DNA of 64,000 nucleotides, from the NCBI GenBank assembly GCA_963837175.1, contig CAWIMJ010000057.1:1-64000 (forward strand), read 5' to 3'. The notes under the pieces are model-generated. The model was not told the DNA's origin. It made no database searches and saw nothing but the letters and a program-made list of their open reading frames with translations. Shown here one piece after another: positions 41,739 through 52,169 of this stretch; position 1 is the first letter of the stretch, and the number at the start of each line of letters is the position of its first letter. Made by a program: the position numbers and the translations under genes. Origin of the DNA: an uncultured Nitrososphaeraceae archaeon (GTDB lineage Archaea > Thermoproteota > Nitrososphaeria > Nitrososphaerales > Nitrososphaeraceae).

Positions 41739-42467
41739 AGTAAGAACAGTATGGAATATGAGATTTAATAGTTATATAGACTGAGTACAAATAAAACGGT
41801 AGTAGTACAGTTAGAAGGCTTTGTTGAATTATCTATATTACTATTACTATTACTATTAAAATTCTATATGGTTTAATTAATCGATAGTAAGGAGAAATTA
41901 GGCTGAAGTCGAAAATACAATTCACGTAAGTGATTTTCTCTTGATTTAGTAGCACTAGCAGATAACGATGACGACCTATTTCTGACATTTTGATAAAAGG
42001 ATTACATGTATTACAAGTTTCTATTATTGCTAACTTAGATAAAGCTGATGAGGATAGCAAGGTATTTTCCTTTCCCGTCTTTTCCATCTGTTGTGGTTAT
42101 TAATATTTTAAGGTTGCAATCAGAGACTTTTTCATTCTCATTGGAGTAGTTTCATGAATTTCTGATGCTCTTTTAGAAAACCAATTATTAAGAATTCAAT
42201 TTATCACTCCAACCCCATGAATTTTATATTATTGAAAGGGGATAAAATGATATTATGTGCTTTTAAAAGTATAGCTCAGAAATATATATAAAACTCCAAA
42301 ATTTAACAAAAGATTGCAAAAAACTCTATAAATATAGATGAATGTCCATGTCAAAAAGAGGATTATGTGGATATAATATACTCAGTAATTTTTTGCAGAT
42401 TCTTCATAACAATGAGTAATAAAATCAATAACCAAGCCATTAATAATGGATGCTAAGATGATATCCT

Positions 42468-42791
42468 ATGGAAAATATAATGTTAGAACAGTTGGACAAA
42501 TTATTGTCTTCAGGTGAGAAAGCTGTTGCAATGTTTTATGCAGATTGGTGTCCCTTTTGCAAGAAATTTCAACCAGTTTTCGAATCTGTAAAGTCGAAAT
42601 ATAAAAAGATTCAATTGAAACTGAATGAAGATGAGAATCCAATGTGGGATCGGTTTGCAATATCCGCAGTTCCCACTGTGATTGCTTTTGATGGAAATAA
42701 CATTGTTGCAAGAAAAGATGCCAGAATGGGCGTAGGTCTAGATAAATCAGACATTGATTCACTGCTGAAAGAACTAAAGTGGAATCGATAG
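42468..42791 (+). CDS. Thioredoxin family protein
   Basis: FYADWCPFC and VPT. Confidence 0.9.
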   Translation: MENIMLEQLDKLLSSGEKAVAMFYADWCPFCKKFQPVFESVKSKYKKIQLKLNEDENPMWDRFAISAVPTVIAFDGNNIVARKDARMGVGLDKSDIDSLLKELKWNR

Positions 42792-43034
42792 ATCACACAG
42801 CTTTGTTGTACAAACTGTATCACTTTTTTTTAGAATTGACATTTTGGTGTGTAATGGTAATTTGTGATTGACAATTGGAATTTGCCAAAAAAGCAGCCAT
42901 TAGAGGACCTCATAATTGATTGAGGGTTTTTTGATGTTTCTTATAGTAATAATAACAATAATAATAATTGATCATAACCTAGAACCTTGTCATTAGATTA
43001 ATCGGTAGACTAATCAATTATTTTATCCTCTAGC

Positions 43035-44424
43035 TTAGTGAGAGATATAATCTGAAAGTTTGATGTTCTCTTCACCAGGAATCTTTGCAATCTCAAATCT
43101 CTCTCTTGGTTTGATAAGAGTGGCAGTAGCATCGATTCCTACTTTCGTTGTTAGCAAATTTTCCTGATCACTTGATGGGTCGAGACTTGATCCTTTAGCA
43201 TTGGTGATTATTAACAACCCTTTATCCGCCTGACATCGGGTAGACATTGCATATTCTACAGAAACAGGGCTGGTTGGATCGATATCGTCGTCTACCACAA
43301 TCGCCATCTTCAGTGAAGGATGAGCCGCAAAAGCTGCTAACAAAGCATTTTTTGGCTCGCCTTCTAGACGTTTTTTAATCTGTATTACTGCATCAAGCCA
43401 GTTGCTTCCACCATCCGTGAGATGTACTGTCTTTGTAGATGGAACGACGTTCTTTATTACCTCAAACATCTTTGATTCAACTGGCAATCCCATCAATAGA
43501 CGATGTTCTGCATATCCTGGTAATATATCGTAAAAAATTGCATCATTTCTATATCTTATTCTGTCGAGCTCAAAAACAGGCTGTTTACGTTTAAAATCAT
43601 AAGTTCTAAGCATTTCTACCATCCATTCCTCTTCAGTTCTATCCTTGAGAATTTTGCCCTCAAGAACAATTTCAGAATGGGTGGGAACATATAGTCCAGA
43701 GAAATTACTTATACTCAATGTAAGATCATTTCGAAGTAATGAATTCGCAATTAACATTTCATCAATACCATATGCCGCCTGATAGGCTGCAGCTATACTA
43801 ACCGCCGGATGTACTCCAACTACGATTGCAACTTTTAGATCTTCCCCATGCTCCTTTGCGAATGAATAACACTTGTGTAGATGCCTGCCTTCTACCATTC
43901 TAATCGCCATGTGTTTTTTATCGAGTAGCAACAGTCGATGTGTGGAGGAATTCTGGTTATCTTTTTCTTGGTCCTTAGCAAAAACTATTGAGGAAGTAAT
44001 AAAGGCACCTGCGTCTTTCTCAAAGTGAGTAATCACCGGCAGATCTTTCAAATCAGTAGAAGAATTCTCATAGAAAGGAGCATCAGAGGAGACTTTTCTT
44101 GGCGGAGATGCCTTTGCAATTGATTGAATAATATGAGTATGGATTGAATTTTCGTCAATAGCTCCAATGGCAAGGGCAAATCTTTTCCTTGTTCCTAGAA
44201 CATTGGATGCTACATATATCCTGCTATCTTCCACATTTTCAAATAATGCTGCCTTGTTTTCTTTCAAGCTTGCTTACAAGCGCTGCAATCTCAAACTTTG
44301 TGCTCACAGTTTTGTTTATTCTTATTAGATCGTTTTCTTTCTCCAACACATTCAAAAAACTTCGAAAATCATTGTTTTTCTTAAATACTCTCTTTTCGTT
44401 GCTTCCTTCTATCGCCGTTTTCAT
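43035..44424 (-). CDS. UbiD-family (prFMN) decarboxylase with an apparent +1 frameshift at about 44252
   Basis: N-terminal DFRSFL..LE…EIAA is in ORF 44239..44424; the remainder (DAG.FITS, SEIVLEG, VVDDDID, SSLDPS, KVGIDAT) is in 43035..44267. Deleting one base of CAA-G-GCA gives …KLERKQAALFENV. Confidence 0.85.
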
Positions 44425-44776
44425 TATCGTTATCTCCTATTAAATTCATAATCTCTCCCATAATTGCTTTCATGTCATCCAGTTCTAGTTGTGTTAAACT
44501 ATGGAGAGAAATCAGGCAAATACCATTTATCATTGAAGATATCCTTTCAGAAATAGTACTAATAAACATGGGATTGAACTTGCTTGGTATAACTTTGGCT
44601 GTATTGATCTGGTTAGAAGAACTTATTGATACTGAAATAGATCCTATCCTATCCAATGATTCAGATACAGAAATAAAACACCCGTTTTCATATGATAGAA
44701 ATTTTATAAGGAATGTTCTTTTATCTTTTGATGTAATCATTCGTGTAGTAAATGCATTGTGTCCACCGTTCTGCAT
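44381..44776 (-). CDS. Hypothetical protein, possibly proteasome-assembly-chaperone (PAC3/4)-like
   Basis: Beta-rich N-terminus, RIGSISVS and helix ISERISS…ICLISL. Confidence 0.6.
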   Translation of the reverse strand: MQNGGHNAFTTRMITSKDKRTFLIKFLSYENGCFISVSESLDRIGSISVSISSSNQINTAKVIPSKFNPMFISTISERISSMINGICLISLHSLTQLELDDMKAIMGEIMNLIGDNDNENGDRRKQRKESI

Positions 44777-44964
44777 TATAACATAACCAAATATCCATAA
44801 ACTGAAAAGTCTTTCTCCACACTACTTCTTACTGTTTCTTACTTATCTATAATTTCTCCTTATACTTTAGATTTTTGTTATTATTCTGGTTCTTAATCTG
44901 TTTATACACAGTAAAGTACAACCAACTTTGATTTGATAATAATCCCAGTTTTGACCATATAAGA

Positions 44965-45609
44965 TTAAGCTGGAGGTTTGAAGAGTCTGCCCCTTCTAAA
45001 AGCAATTGCTCTTGCTGACGCTATGTCTCTAGCACCCCGCCTGTTGGCTTCTGTTTTTGGAGGTAGTGAGGTACCGCGTTCATCAACAATTTCAATTTCA
45101 ATTAGTTCTTGGAATTTTGTTTTTAATATCAGGGCGATTTGCCTAGCCATAGCAATATTACCGTTACCGATTCTTACAATTTTCTTATTAGACGTGATTC
45201 TAGAAAGTAAATGTGATACTAGTTTTATAGCTGCTTCAGGTGAAGATTCTACTATACTTTCTATTTCATTATGAAGAAAAATGACTGATATACCTATTCT
45301 AACTCCAGGATCGATTCCTATTGTTAACTGATCATCGTGATACGGGCCCATGATATTACGCAAAATTTTTGCTTTCGTAAAGACAGGATAGTCATCTAGC
45401 TCAGTGTCAAGTAGGACGTCTTTTCTTCTAACAATTTCTGCTTCGTCTCTTGTAGTTATAATAATTTTAGCATTGGATAATGCTCCTTCTTCTGGAGAGA
45501 GCGACTCAAATTGCATTTGCATTGACTTTAAAGCATTAATAATTTTGTAATATGGTCGGCCATAAACAGTGGCAACAGTAACTTTATTTTGGACGACCTC
45601 CCTACTCAG
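44965..45609 (-). CDS. YqgF-like RNase-H-fold nuclease; true start probably upstream of the track ATG
   Basis: IGIDPG..IG, VDERGTS and D..SA.AIA. The frame stays open 29 codons upstream (VATVYGRPYY) to a CTG at 45609. Confidence 0.7.
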   Translation of the reverse strand: MSREVVQNKVTVATVYGRPYYKIINALKSMQMQFESLSPEEGALSNAKIIITTRDEAEIVRRKDVLLDTELDDYPVFTKAKILRNIMGPYHDDQLTIGIDPGVRIGISVIFLHNEIESIVESSPEAAIKLVSHLLSRITSNKKIVRIGNGNIAMARQIALILKTKFQELIEIEIVDERGTSLPPKTEANRRGARDIASARAIAFRRGRLFKPPA

Positions 45610-45823
45610 GGGCGTTTCATCATATCAAATTTGAACAAAAATTGTTATTAAACCTTGTGGTTAAGTTCTGCATAAGAAACTTTCTTCTTGCCATCATATT
45701 TTGGCTAATCCTATCTTTATCTCTAATAACTTTTAGAGAGCAAACAATCTGTAAAGTTTAAAGACTATTTCCCATATTCTCTGCTAAAGCTTAATATCAT
45801 ATTCTAAAAGGATATGCAATCCA

Positions 45824-46879
45824 CTATTTTTCTTCCCTAGTGAGTAACCTAGGCATGATCGTTTTTGAGCCAACCTTTTGTTCTACACCGAAAGCGATTG
45901 CTCCGAGGTTTCGGACTTCAATTGATTTGAGTTTGACTGCCGCAATCATTGTAGAATAACTAAACATCTTTGCATAGGAAGTGACAGCTCGTCTATAGAT
46001 TAGGCGTTCAAAACCTGCCTCCAATTTTGAAATCATTTCAATTTCATCAGAGTCACTTGGCACTATACTCTTATATACGGTACTCGAAAATATCGAAATT
46101 GCTTCCTTTACGTTTTCTGCATTAATCATTTTATCCAATATATCTTCCTGTACTCTGAACGTGGGTTTAATTCTTAAAGATTTGATATGCAATTCAGATA
46201 AACCCCAATATTTTGCACGTAGTGTGCTCAATGCATTATAGGAATCCACGTCTAATCCAATTAGTGGATGAACATCCGCAGGTTTACCAATTACAGTGTA
46301 GGCAGTAGCGAGAGCTTGATAATAAGAGTGGTCTAGATAGACATCAAAGATCTGGATATCTCCTTTTTCTTTATATGCCTGGGCAGCTCCCGCAACGTCA
46401 GCCCCAAATTCTGATGGTTGCAATGTAGCTATAGCCTCATCTAAATCTTTTGCAACAAGTGCTTTCACAACTATGTCTCTTCTACCGATAAGCTCTTCCG
46501 CACGCATGTTAACATGGGGTAATATTTCTTCATACGTTCTACCCATTGCTTTACCTTTAAGGATTACCTTAAGATTCCAGATTATATATTTTGTATAATA
46601 AGCATTAAGTAAATCCTGTCTTGTTACTATCTTAGCCATGGACGCATGAAAATCAACCAGATCCTCCCGCAAGAGATTTTCAATTTTTTCTGCATTGAAT
46701 GGTTTTTGCAACTTGGCCATAACTTCTGTATACGCAGTATTCTTTAATTTTGTCACGAGCTCATCGAGATCCCTTGAATCGGTGAGTGATTCTAACTCAA
46801 TTTTTGAAAGCATCTTTCCTTTTTCAGCAAAAGCTCTTACAGTGCCAAAAATCCTCTGTGGCTTGTTGATTCTACTCAA
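45824..46879 (-). CDS. atpC: A/V-type ATP synthase subunit C
   Basis: N-terminal RA…L…L.E, NLKVILKGK, FD.YLD and EVRNL.AI..G; adjacent to subunit H. Confidence 0.88.
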   Translation of the reverse strand: MSRINKPQRIFGTVRAFAEKGKMLSKIELESLTDSRDLDELVTKLKNTAYTEVMAKLQKPFNAEKIENLLREDLVDFHASMAKIVTRQDLLNAYYTKYIIWNLKVILKGKAMGRTYEEILPHVNMRAEELIGRRDIVVKALVAKDLDEAIATLQPSEFGADVAGAAQAYKEKGDIQIFDVYLDHSYYQALATAYTVIGKPADVHPLIGLDVDSYNALSTLRAKYWGLSELHIKSLRIKPTFRVQEDILDKMINAENVKEAISIFSSTVYKSIVPSDSDEIEMISKLEAGFERLIYRRAVTSYAKMFSYSTMIAAVKLKSIEVRNLGAIAFGVEQKVGSKTIMPRLLTREEK

Positions 46880-47367
46880 GGAATCTTACTCTCATTAGAT
46901 ATTTTGTCTGAAGGAGATTTATTTGCTCTATTTGCAACCTTAGTCGACCCTTTTGGAATATTCTCTGTTTTTTCAGGTTCTATAATATTATTATTATTAT
47001 TTTTTTTATTTTTATTATCATCGTGACGTGAATCGTTTACAGTCAGAACCATTTTGACTACGGTGTCTACTGCTTTGTTAAATGAAGAGTCAATATTTTT
47101 TTTTATTCTTGCAATTTCTCTTTCCCCTTCTTCTACAATTAATGAGGCTTCTCTATCTGCTTCTGCCTTCGCAGCATCAACTATTTTTTTCGCTTCATTG
47201 CCAGCTAGAGCAATAATTTGCTGATTTAACTTTTCAATTTCCTCATCTGAATAAACCATAAGACGCTTTTCCATTTCTACTGCTTTGGAGTTAACATTAT
47301 CGATATCTTTTTCAAGTTCTGCTAGTGCATTTATAATACCTTCAACTGATGACGTCTTTTGTCCCAA
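46876..47367 (-). CDS. A/V-type ATP synthase subunit H/G (peripheral stalk) with an Asn/Lys-rich tail
   Basis: Coiled coil EAKKIVDAAKAEADREA…AVD.VV; overlaps the atpC start. Confidence 0.75.
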   Translation of the reverse strand: MGQKTSSVEGIINALAELEKDIDNVNSKAVEMEKRLMVYSDEEIEKLNQQIIALAGNEAKKIVDAAKAEADREASLIVEEGEREIARIKKNIDSSFNKAVDTVVKMVLTVNDSRHDDNKNKKNNNNNIIEPEKTENIPKGSTKVANRANKSPSDKISNESKIP

Positions 47368-47601
47368 ATCATTGGGAATGCAAGAGTACGGCTATTAAAC
47401 CCTTTACCTCATTAATAAATTAAGAACAGGATTTTATAATAGAAAAGGCACAATAAATAATAAAATTGACGTATAGACCTAAACGAGGGCTATAACCACG
47501 AATTTTTCAATTCTACAAAATAGGACATTTTAGTTATTAGTATTCGTATCTTTTTTAGTAATATGCTATACTATTAAACTTAAATGACTTTGGGTCTTCT
47601 C

Positions 47602-47955
47602 TTATGTTGTAAGACTCAAAATCGCCTGAGCCATATCTCCTTTTGACTCAGTTAATGCACGGATAGCCTTTTCTTTTGAAACATTTGCTTGTTGCATAAC
47701 GAGAATGATATCTTCTTCCTTAATTGCGGGAATGTCTCTTTGCTTTTCTTCTATATCAGTAGCAACCACTTGAAAGATGGTACTGTCTTTTCCTTTCATT
47801 TCTAACACTTGAGGATTCATCAGATAAAGCTCTTTGGTCTCTGTTTTGATAATTACCTCTTCAATACTGCCTAGGTCTTTCATTTCTAGTCCCATCTTGT
47901 CTAACATACGTCTCATTTCACGGTTGCCACCACGCATCATGTCATTATTACTCAT
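47602..47955 (-). CDS. nac: Nascent polypeptide-associated complex protein
   Basis: RRMLDKMGL, EEVII and C-terminal UBA (EEDI.LV.QQA.VS.E.A..AL…GD.AQAI). Confidence 0.95.
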   Translation of the reverse strand: MSNNDMMRGGNREMRRMLDKMGLEMKDLGSIEEVIIKTETKELYLMNPQVLEMKGKDSTIFQVVATDIEEKQRDIPAIKEEDIILVMQQANVSKEKAIRALTESKGDMAQAILSLTT

Positions 47956-48433
47956 TCAAGCGGCTTTTTATTCCTTCTCTAACCTTAATAGCAACGCCAT
48001 TATGATATTTTTTCATTATGCTGCATCCGAATTGTGCTCTCCCTGTCGCTATAACAATGTTATCTTTATTTATAATTGCAACGTCTGAACCCACATTAAT
48101 GTACGAACCACACCACTCAACATGCCTACAAAATAGTGATCTACCTTCACTAACAAATAGGATTGCCTCAGGAGTTGGTATGACACAATTTTCTCTGAAT
48201 TGTTTACTTTTTAACAATTTTTTTGCTCCATATATTGTTAATGCGAGTCCTCCATCGGTGCGAAAGGTAGCTACCAACTTGTTATTGAGGCTGAAATTTT
48301 TGATTCTGCCTGTTTTTTTGGAAAATTCATATTGGAGATCTTCTCCTTCAAGTGCAGTACTCACTCCGTCCCCGAAGATAGCGTCAACATGACAATATAT
48401 CTTATTTGTCCAGTTCAGTGATAAAGGCTTCAA
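47948..48433 (-). CDS. PUA-domain protein (archaeosine TGT C-terminal-like)
   Basis: SKKTGRIK, R.DGGLALT.YGA, G.SLF..HV and GVAIKVREG. Confidence 0.85.
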   Translation of the reverse strand: MKPLSLNWTNKIYCHVDAIFGDGVSTALEGEDLQYEFSKKTGRIKNFSLNNKLVATFRTDGGLALTIYGAKKLLKSKQFRENCVIPTPEAILFVSEGRSLFCRHVEWCGSYINVGSDVAIINKDNIVIATGRAQFGCSIMKKYHNGVAIKVREGIKSRLNE

Positions 48434-48512
48434 ATATCATGAAAAATGTATATACGTATACATTTACTTTTCATATGTCTATATAGTGAAAGTGAAAATA
48501 TATATAGAATAA

Positions 48513-49601
48513 ATGTTTTTTATTGTATATATGCAGAAATCTTATGATAGCAATATAAGCGATCAAAACGAGGAGACCAGAAAAATACAATATACAGGGG
48601 GCTCTTCATACATAGTATCTCTTCCTAAAAAATGGGTTCAAGATCTGGGACTAAAGCAAGGTGATCACGTCTTAATTCGTAGAGAAGGAAATTCGCTTCT
48701 ACAACTCACACCTGCATCAAAGCATTTTTCAAAGGAACAAAAAGAAGCGACCTTAGAGGTTTCAAAGAATAATGATCCGTACTTTCTTGCACGTAAATTA
48801 ATTTCGCTATATTTCTTAGGATTTAATCTTATAAACGTCATTCCCAAAGACTTGGGAAGATTAACCAGCGAACAACGAGAGGTAATGAAGGATGTTGTAA
48901 AACGAGTTTTGATGGGAACAGAGATTATTGCAGATTCTGCAGGCGGCATAACGTTGCAAGTCCTGATTAATTTACTCGAGTTATCGGTAGATGCTGCATT
49001 TAAAAGAATGTTGTTAATTTCAAAATCCATGCATCGAGATGCTGTTCTATCGTTGCGAGAGAACAATCTTGAATTGGCAAAGGAAATAGTAAAATCTGAT
49101 GATGACGTAGATCGTTTTAGCTTTTATATAGTTAGGCAGTTAAATATTGCAATAAAGAATGAACATCTATTAAAAGAAATTGGATTGGATGATTCACGTA
49201 ACTGTCTTGGCTATAGATTAATTACCAAGTCAACTGAAAGAGTTGCTGACCATGCAACAATAATAGCTAAAGATATTATTGAGATGAGACAGCCTTTGAA
49301 TAAAGACACGGTCGAAAATATTGCTCACATGAGCAATTTTGCACTTGAAGTGTTGGATGAAGCATGCCTATCAATGTTCAAGCGGGATTACAATTCTGCT
49401 GATAGAGCCATAGAAAAGGCCCGTAAAATTGAAGCTCTAGAAAAGGCTATCTTAGATACATCAGATAAAGCCAAAGATGTTAATGAAATGTATAGAATTA
49501 AAATGATCACAGAAAGCATACGTCGAGTAGCTGAATATGCTAGCGATATTGCAGAAATAGTTCTTAATATGACTGTAGAGCAAACTTTAAGAAAAGACTA
49601 A
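48513..49601 (+). CDS. AbrB-PhoU phosphate uptake regulator (start may be ATG 48531)
   Basis: RKIQYTGGSSYIVSLPKKW AbrB domain plus PhoU repeats (DDDVDRF, ERVADHA, RRVAEYA.DIAE). Confidence 0.92.
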   Translation: MFFIVYMQKSYDSNISDQNEETRKIQYTGGSSYIVSLPKKWVQDLGLKQGDHVLIRREGNSLLQLTPASKHFSKEQKEATLEVSKNNDPYFLARKLISLYFLGFNLINVIPKDLGRLTSEQREVMKDVVKRVLMGTEIIADSAGGITLQVLINLLELSVDAAFKRMLLISKSMHRDAVLSLRENNLELAKEIVKSDDDVDRFSFYIVRQLNIAIKNEHLLKEIGLDDSRNCLGYRLITKSTERVADHATIIAKDIIEMRQPLNKDTVENIAHMSNFALEVLDEACLSMFKRDYNSADRAIEKARKIEALEKAILDTSDKAKDVNEMYRIKMITESIRRVAEYASDIAEIVLNMTVEQTLRKD

Positions 49602-49627
49602 ATTTACATTAATCAAATATAATCACA

Positions 49628-50050
49628 ATGTCATCGTTTTGCGAATTATGTGGACGTCAAGTTATTGACGGCAAAAAAACAGTCTTGATAGACGGCACGG
49701 TTTTCAATGTATGCATGTCATGTTCAAAACGTGGCAAACCATATGTACCTGCACAAACTGCCAAACAGAGATCTATCGGTACTTCTGCACCTAAGAAAGT
49801 GATTAATCCTCTTAGAAAAATTTCAATGACAGATGACGTAATACTTAATCCTGAATTTGCTAAAATAATTCGAGAGGCACGTATGAAAAAAGGTTTGACA
49901 CATGAACAACTGGGATTAAAGATGAATGAAAAGGCAACATTACTCCGAAAATTTGAAACAGGTACATTGAAACCAGATGAAATATTGGCAAAAAAACTGG
50001 AAAAGTTTCTGGAAATTAAATTGCATGTCAGCATAGAAGAGATAGAATAA
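49628..50050 (+). CDS. mbf1: Archaeal multiprotein bridging factor 1 (aMBF1)
   Basis: CELCG…VCMSC Zn ribbon plus HTH (IIREAR..GLT.EQL…E.G.LKPD). Confidence 0.92.
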   Translation: MSSFCELCGRQVIDGKKTVLIDGTVFNVCMSCSKRGKPYVPAQTAKQRSIGTSAPKKVINPLRKISMTDDVILNPEFAKIIREARMKKGLTHEQLGLKMNEKATLLRKFETGTLKPDEILAKKLEKFLEIKLHVSIEEIE

Positions 50051-50053
50051 TAA

Positions 50054-51184
50054 TCTGATAATAATAATAATAATACAGAATTTAATTCAAAGACTTGCTT
50101 CTTAGCTACCTATCCTTTAGAGGAGGTAACAAAAGAAGCTATTTCTCTAGCAGACGCAGCTGGATATTCTATTATTAAAATAGTAAACCAGCGTAATCTT
50201 ACACAGTCAAAATATGGAATCGGTAGTGGGAAAGCAGAAGAAGTAAAGGAATTAGTTGAGCAATTAAAACCAGGAGTAATTATTTTTGATGAGGTGCTAA
50301 AGCCAAGTCAACAATATAATTTAGCAAAAGTCTGTAAAATAGACATACTAGATAGAGAGCGCTTAATTCTAGATATCTTTGAATTAAGAGCAAGCACTGC
50401 GGAATCAAGAATTCAGATTAAACTTGCACAGTTACGATATGACATGGTTAGAGCTCGAGAAAAAGTTAGACTCGCAAGAGCAGGAGAACAGCCAGGATTT
50501 TTTGGTATGGGAAAATATGATGCTGATGTCTATTTTCTAGATATCAAGAAACGATCCGCTATCTTGAAGAAGAAGTTGGAAAGAGAAGAGAAGAGAAGAG
50601 AACTTTTTCGGATTCAACGATCAAGAGCAGGTTTGCCTACCATTTCTATTGCTGGCTATACTTCTGCAGGAAAGACGACTCTATTCAATACTTTAACAGG
50701 AGAATCAAAAATGGAAGGAAAAGAGGTATTTACTACTCTATCTACCTTTACTCGAGCAATTAATTTGAAAAATGATAAGAAGCTGTTAATTTCAGATACT
50801 GTCGGATTTATCAGCAAGCTTCCAGCTTATATGATCGATGCATTTAAATCAACACTTCAGGATATAACTTATTCTGATCTTGTTTTGCTTGTAGTTGACA
50901 TTAGCCAGTCTATAGAAGAGATTAAGAAGAAATTAGACAGTTCCATACATATATTATTAATTAGAAGCTTTAAAGTTCTTTACTTGTTCAAGAGGACATA
51001 TATGAAAAATTTCTATCATGAAGTTTATACGTTGGTTCATATTGGGATGCTATCTTTACCACAACAGCAGATTTTGTTAATTGCGCTAAAGACAGGTTTT
51101 AACATAGAACAGTCAAACGACTTTATGTCATTACTTGTCGTTCCTAAGGTTGATAAGATAAAAACAGAAGAGTTGCTTTATTGA
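50054..51184 (+). pseudogene. hflX: GTPase HflX, probably degenerate (no canonical start, G4 motif absent)
   Basis: HflX N-domain (YGIGSGK.EE, DRERLILDIF, QIKLAQL), G1 GYTSAGKTT, G2 FTTL and G3 DTVG. The frame is open from 50054 with no ATG/GTG/TTG before 50294, and YLFKRT sits where NKxD is expected. Confidence 0.75.
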
Positions 51185-51745
51185 TGGAGGTCGGTAATTA
51201 TAATATTAAAAATAACAGTTCTTAGAATAGGACACAGATTAGTACGAGACGATCGGATAACTACCCATGCAGCTCTCGTTTCAAGGGCATTTGGTAGCAA
51301 CAAAATATTCATGACACAGGTAGATGATTCTATACTAGAAACAGTAAAAGATGTAAATAAAAGATGGGGAGGAGAATCGGAATTTGAAATTGAGATAATT
51401 GAAGATTGGAAAAAAGTGATCAAGAACTGGAAGAAAGACGGAGGAAAAGTAATTCATCTGACAATGTATGGTATCAATATAGATGATGGTTATGTATTAG
51501 ACAATATACAGAAAGAAGAAAATGTCTTAGTCATTATTGGTGCAGAAAAAGCTCCAAGAGAAATATATGGACTTGCGGATTACAATATTGCTATTGGAAA
51601 TCAACCACATTCAGAAATAGCCGCTTTAACAATATTCTTAGATAGAGTCTTTAAAGGAAATGAATTGAAAAGAGATTTTAAAGGTGGAAGATTCAAAATA
51701 ATTCCGATGACAAAAGGCAAAAGACTCCAAGAAATAGAATATTAA
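51184..51745 (+). CDS. trm56: tRNA (cytidine56-2'-O)-methyltransferase; 5' end has a frameshift or a non-canonical start
   Basis: VLRIGHRLVRDDRITTHAAL.SRAFG lies upstream of the track ATG; HLTMYG, IGAEK and GNQPHSEIAAL follow. Confidence 0.9.
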
Positions 51746-52169
51746 ACTTAATTGGTTCACTTTTTAAGATCAACCTAAGAGCATTGTTTAGATTCAATCA
51801 ATGCTGAGTTGAAAAATAGCCGTACAGAAATTTATAGTATCTAACTACTGCTACTTCTAGTAATGTTATTATTATTATTTTAGTAATGAAAATAAAAGTA
51901 ACTTAAATTGGTCTCTTCTGCATTCTAAAATGCAGCTTAATCTGTGGCTTTAATAAATAAAATTATAATATACGGTACTATTGTGTCTTTTCCTTCTTTA
52001 AGATATCATACAAGGGTTACTATTTGATTTTATTCTTTATTTTTTATATCTTAATTATCTTTATTTCTTTTAAACGGTGGTATCCATGTTTTTATGTTCT
52101 ATAAACTAAATCTTCATTACAAGACAAGAACAGACATATTTAAAGACTGGATCTGATAAATTATATAGC

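Noticed and set aside
49628-51745. mbf1-hflX-trm56 as one readthrough polyprotein (all in the same frame)
   Set aside because: It would need readthrough of TAA TAA and TGA, and no recoding structure is visible. Indels at the coupled starts explain the frame coincidence more simply.
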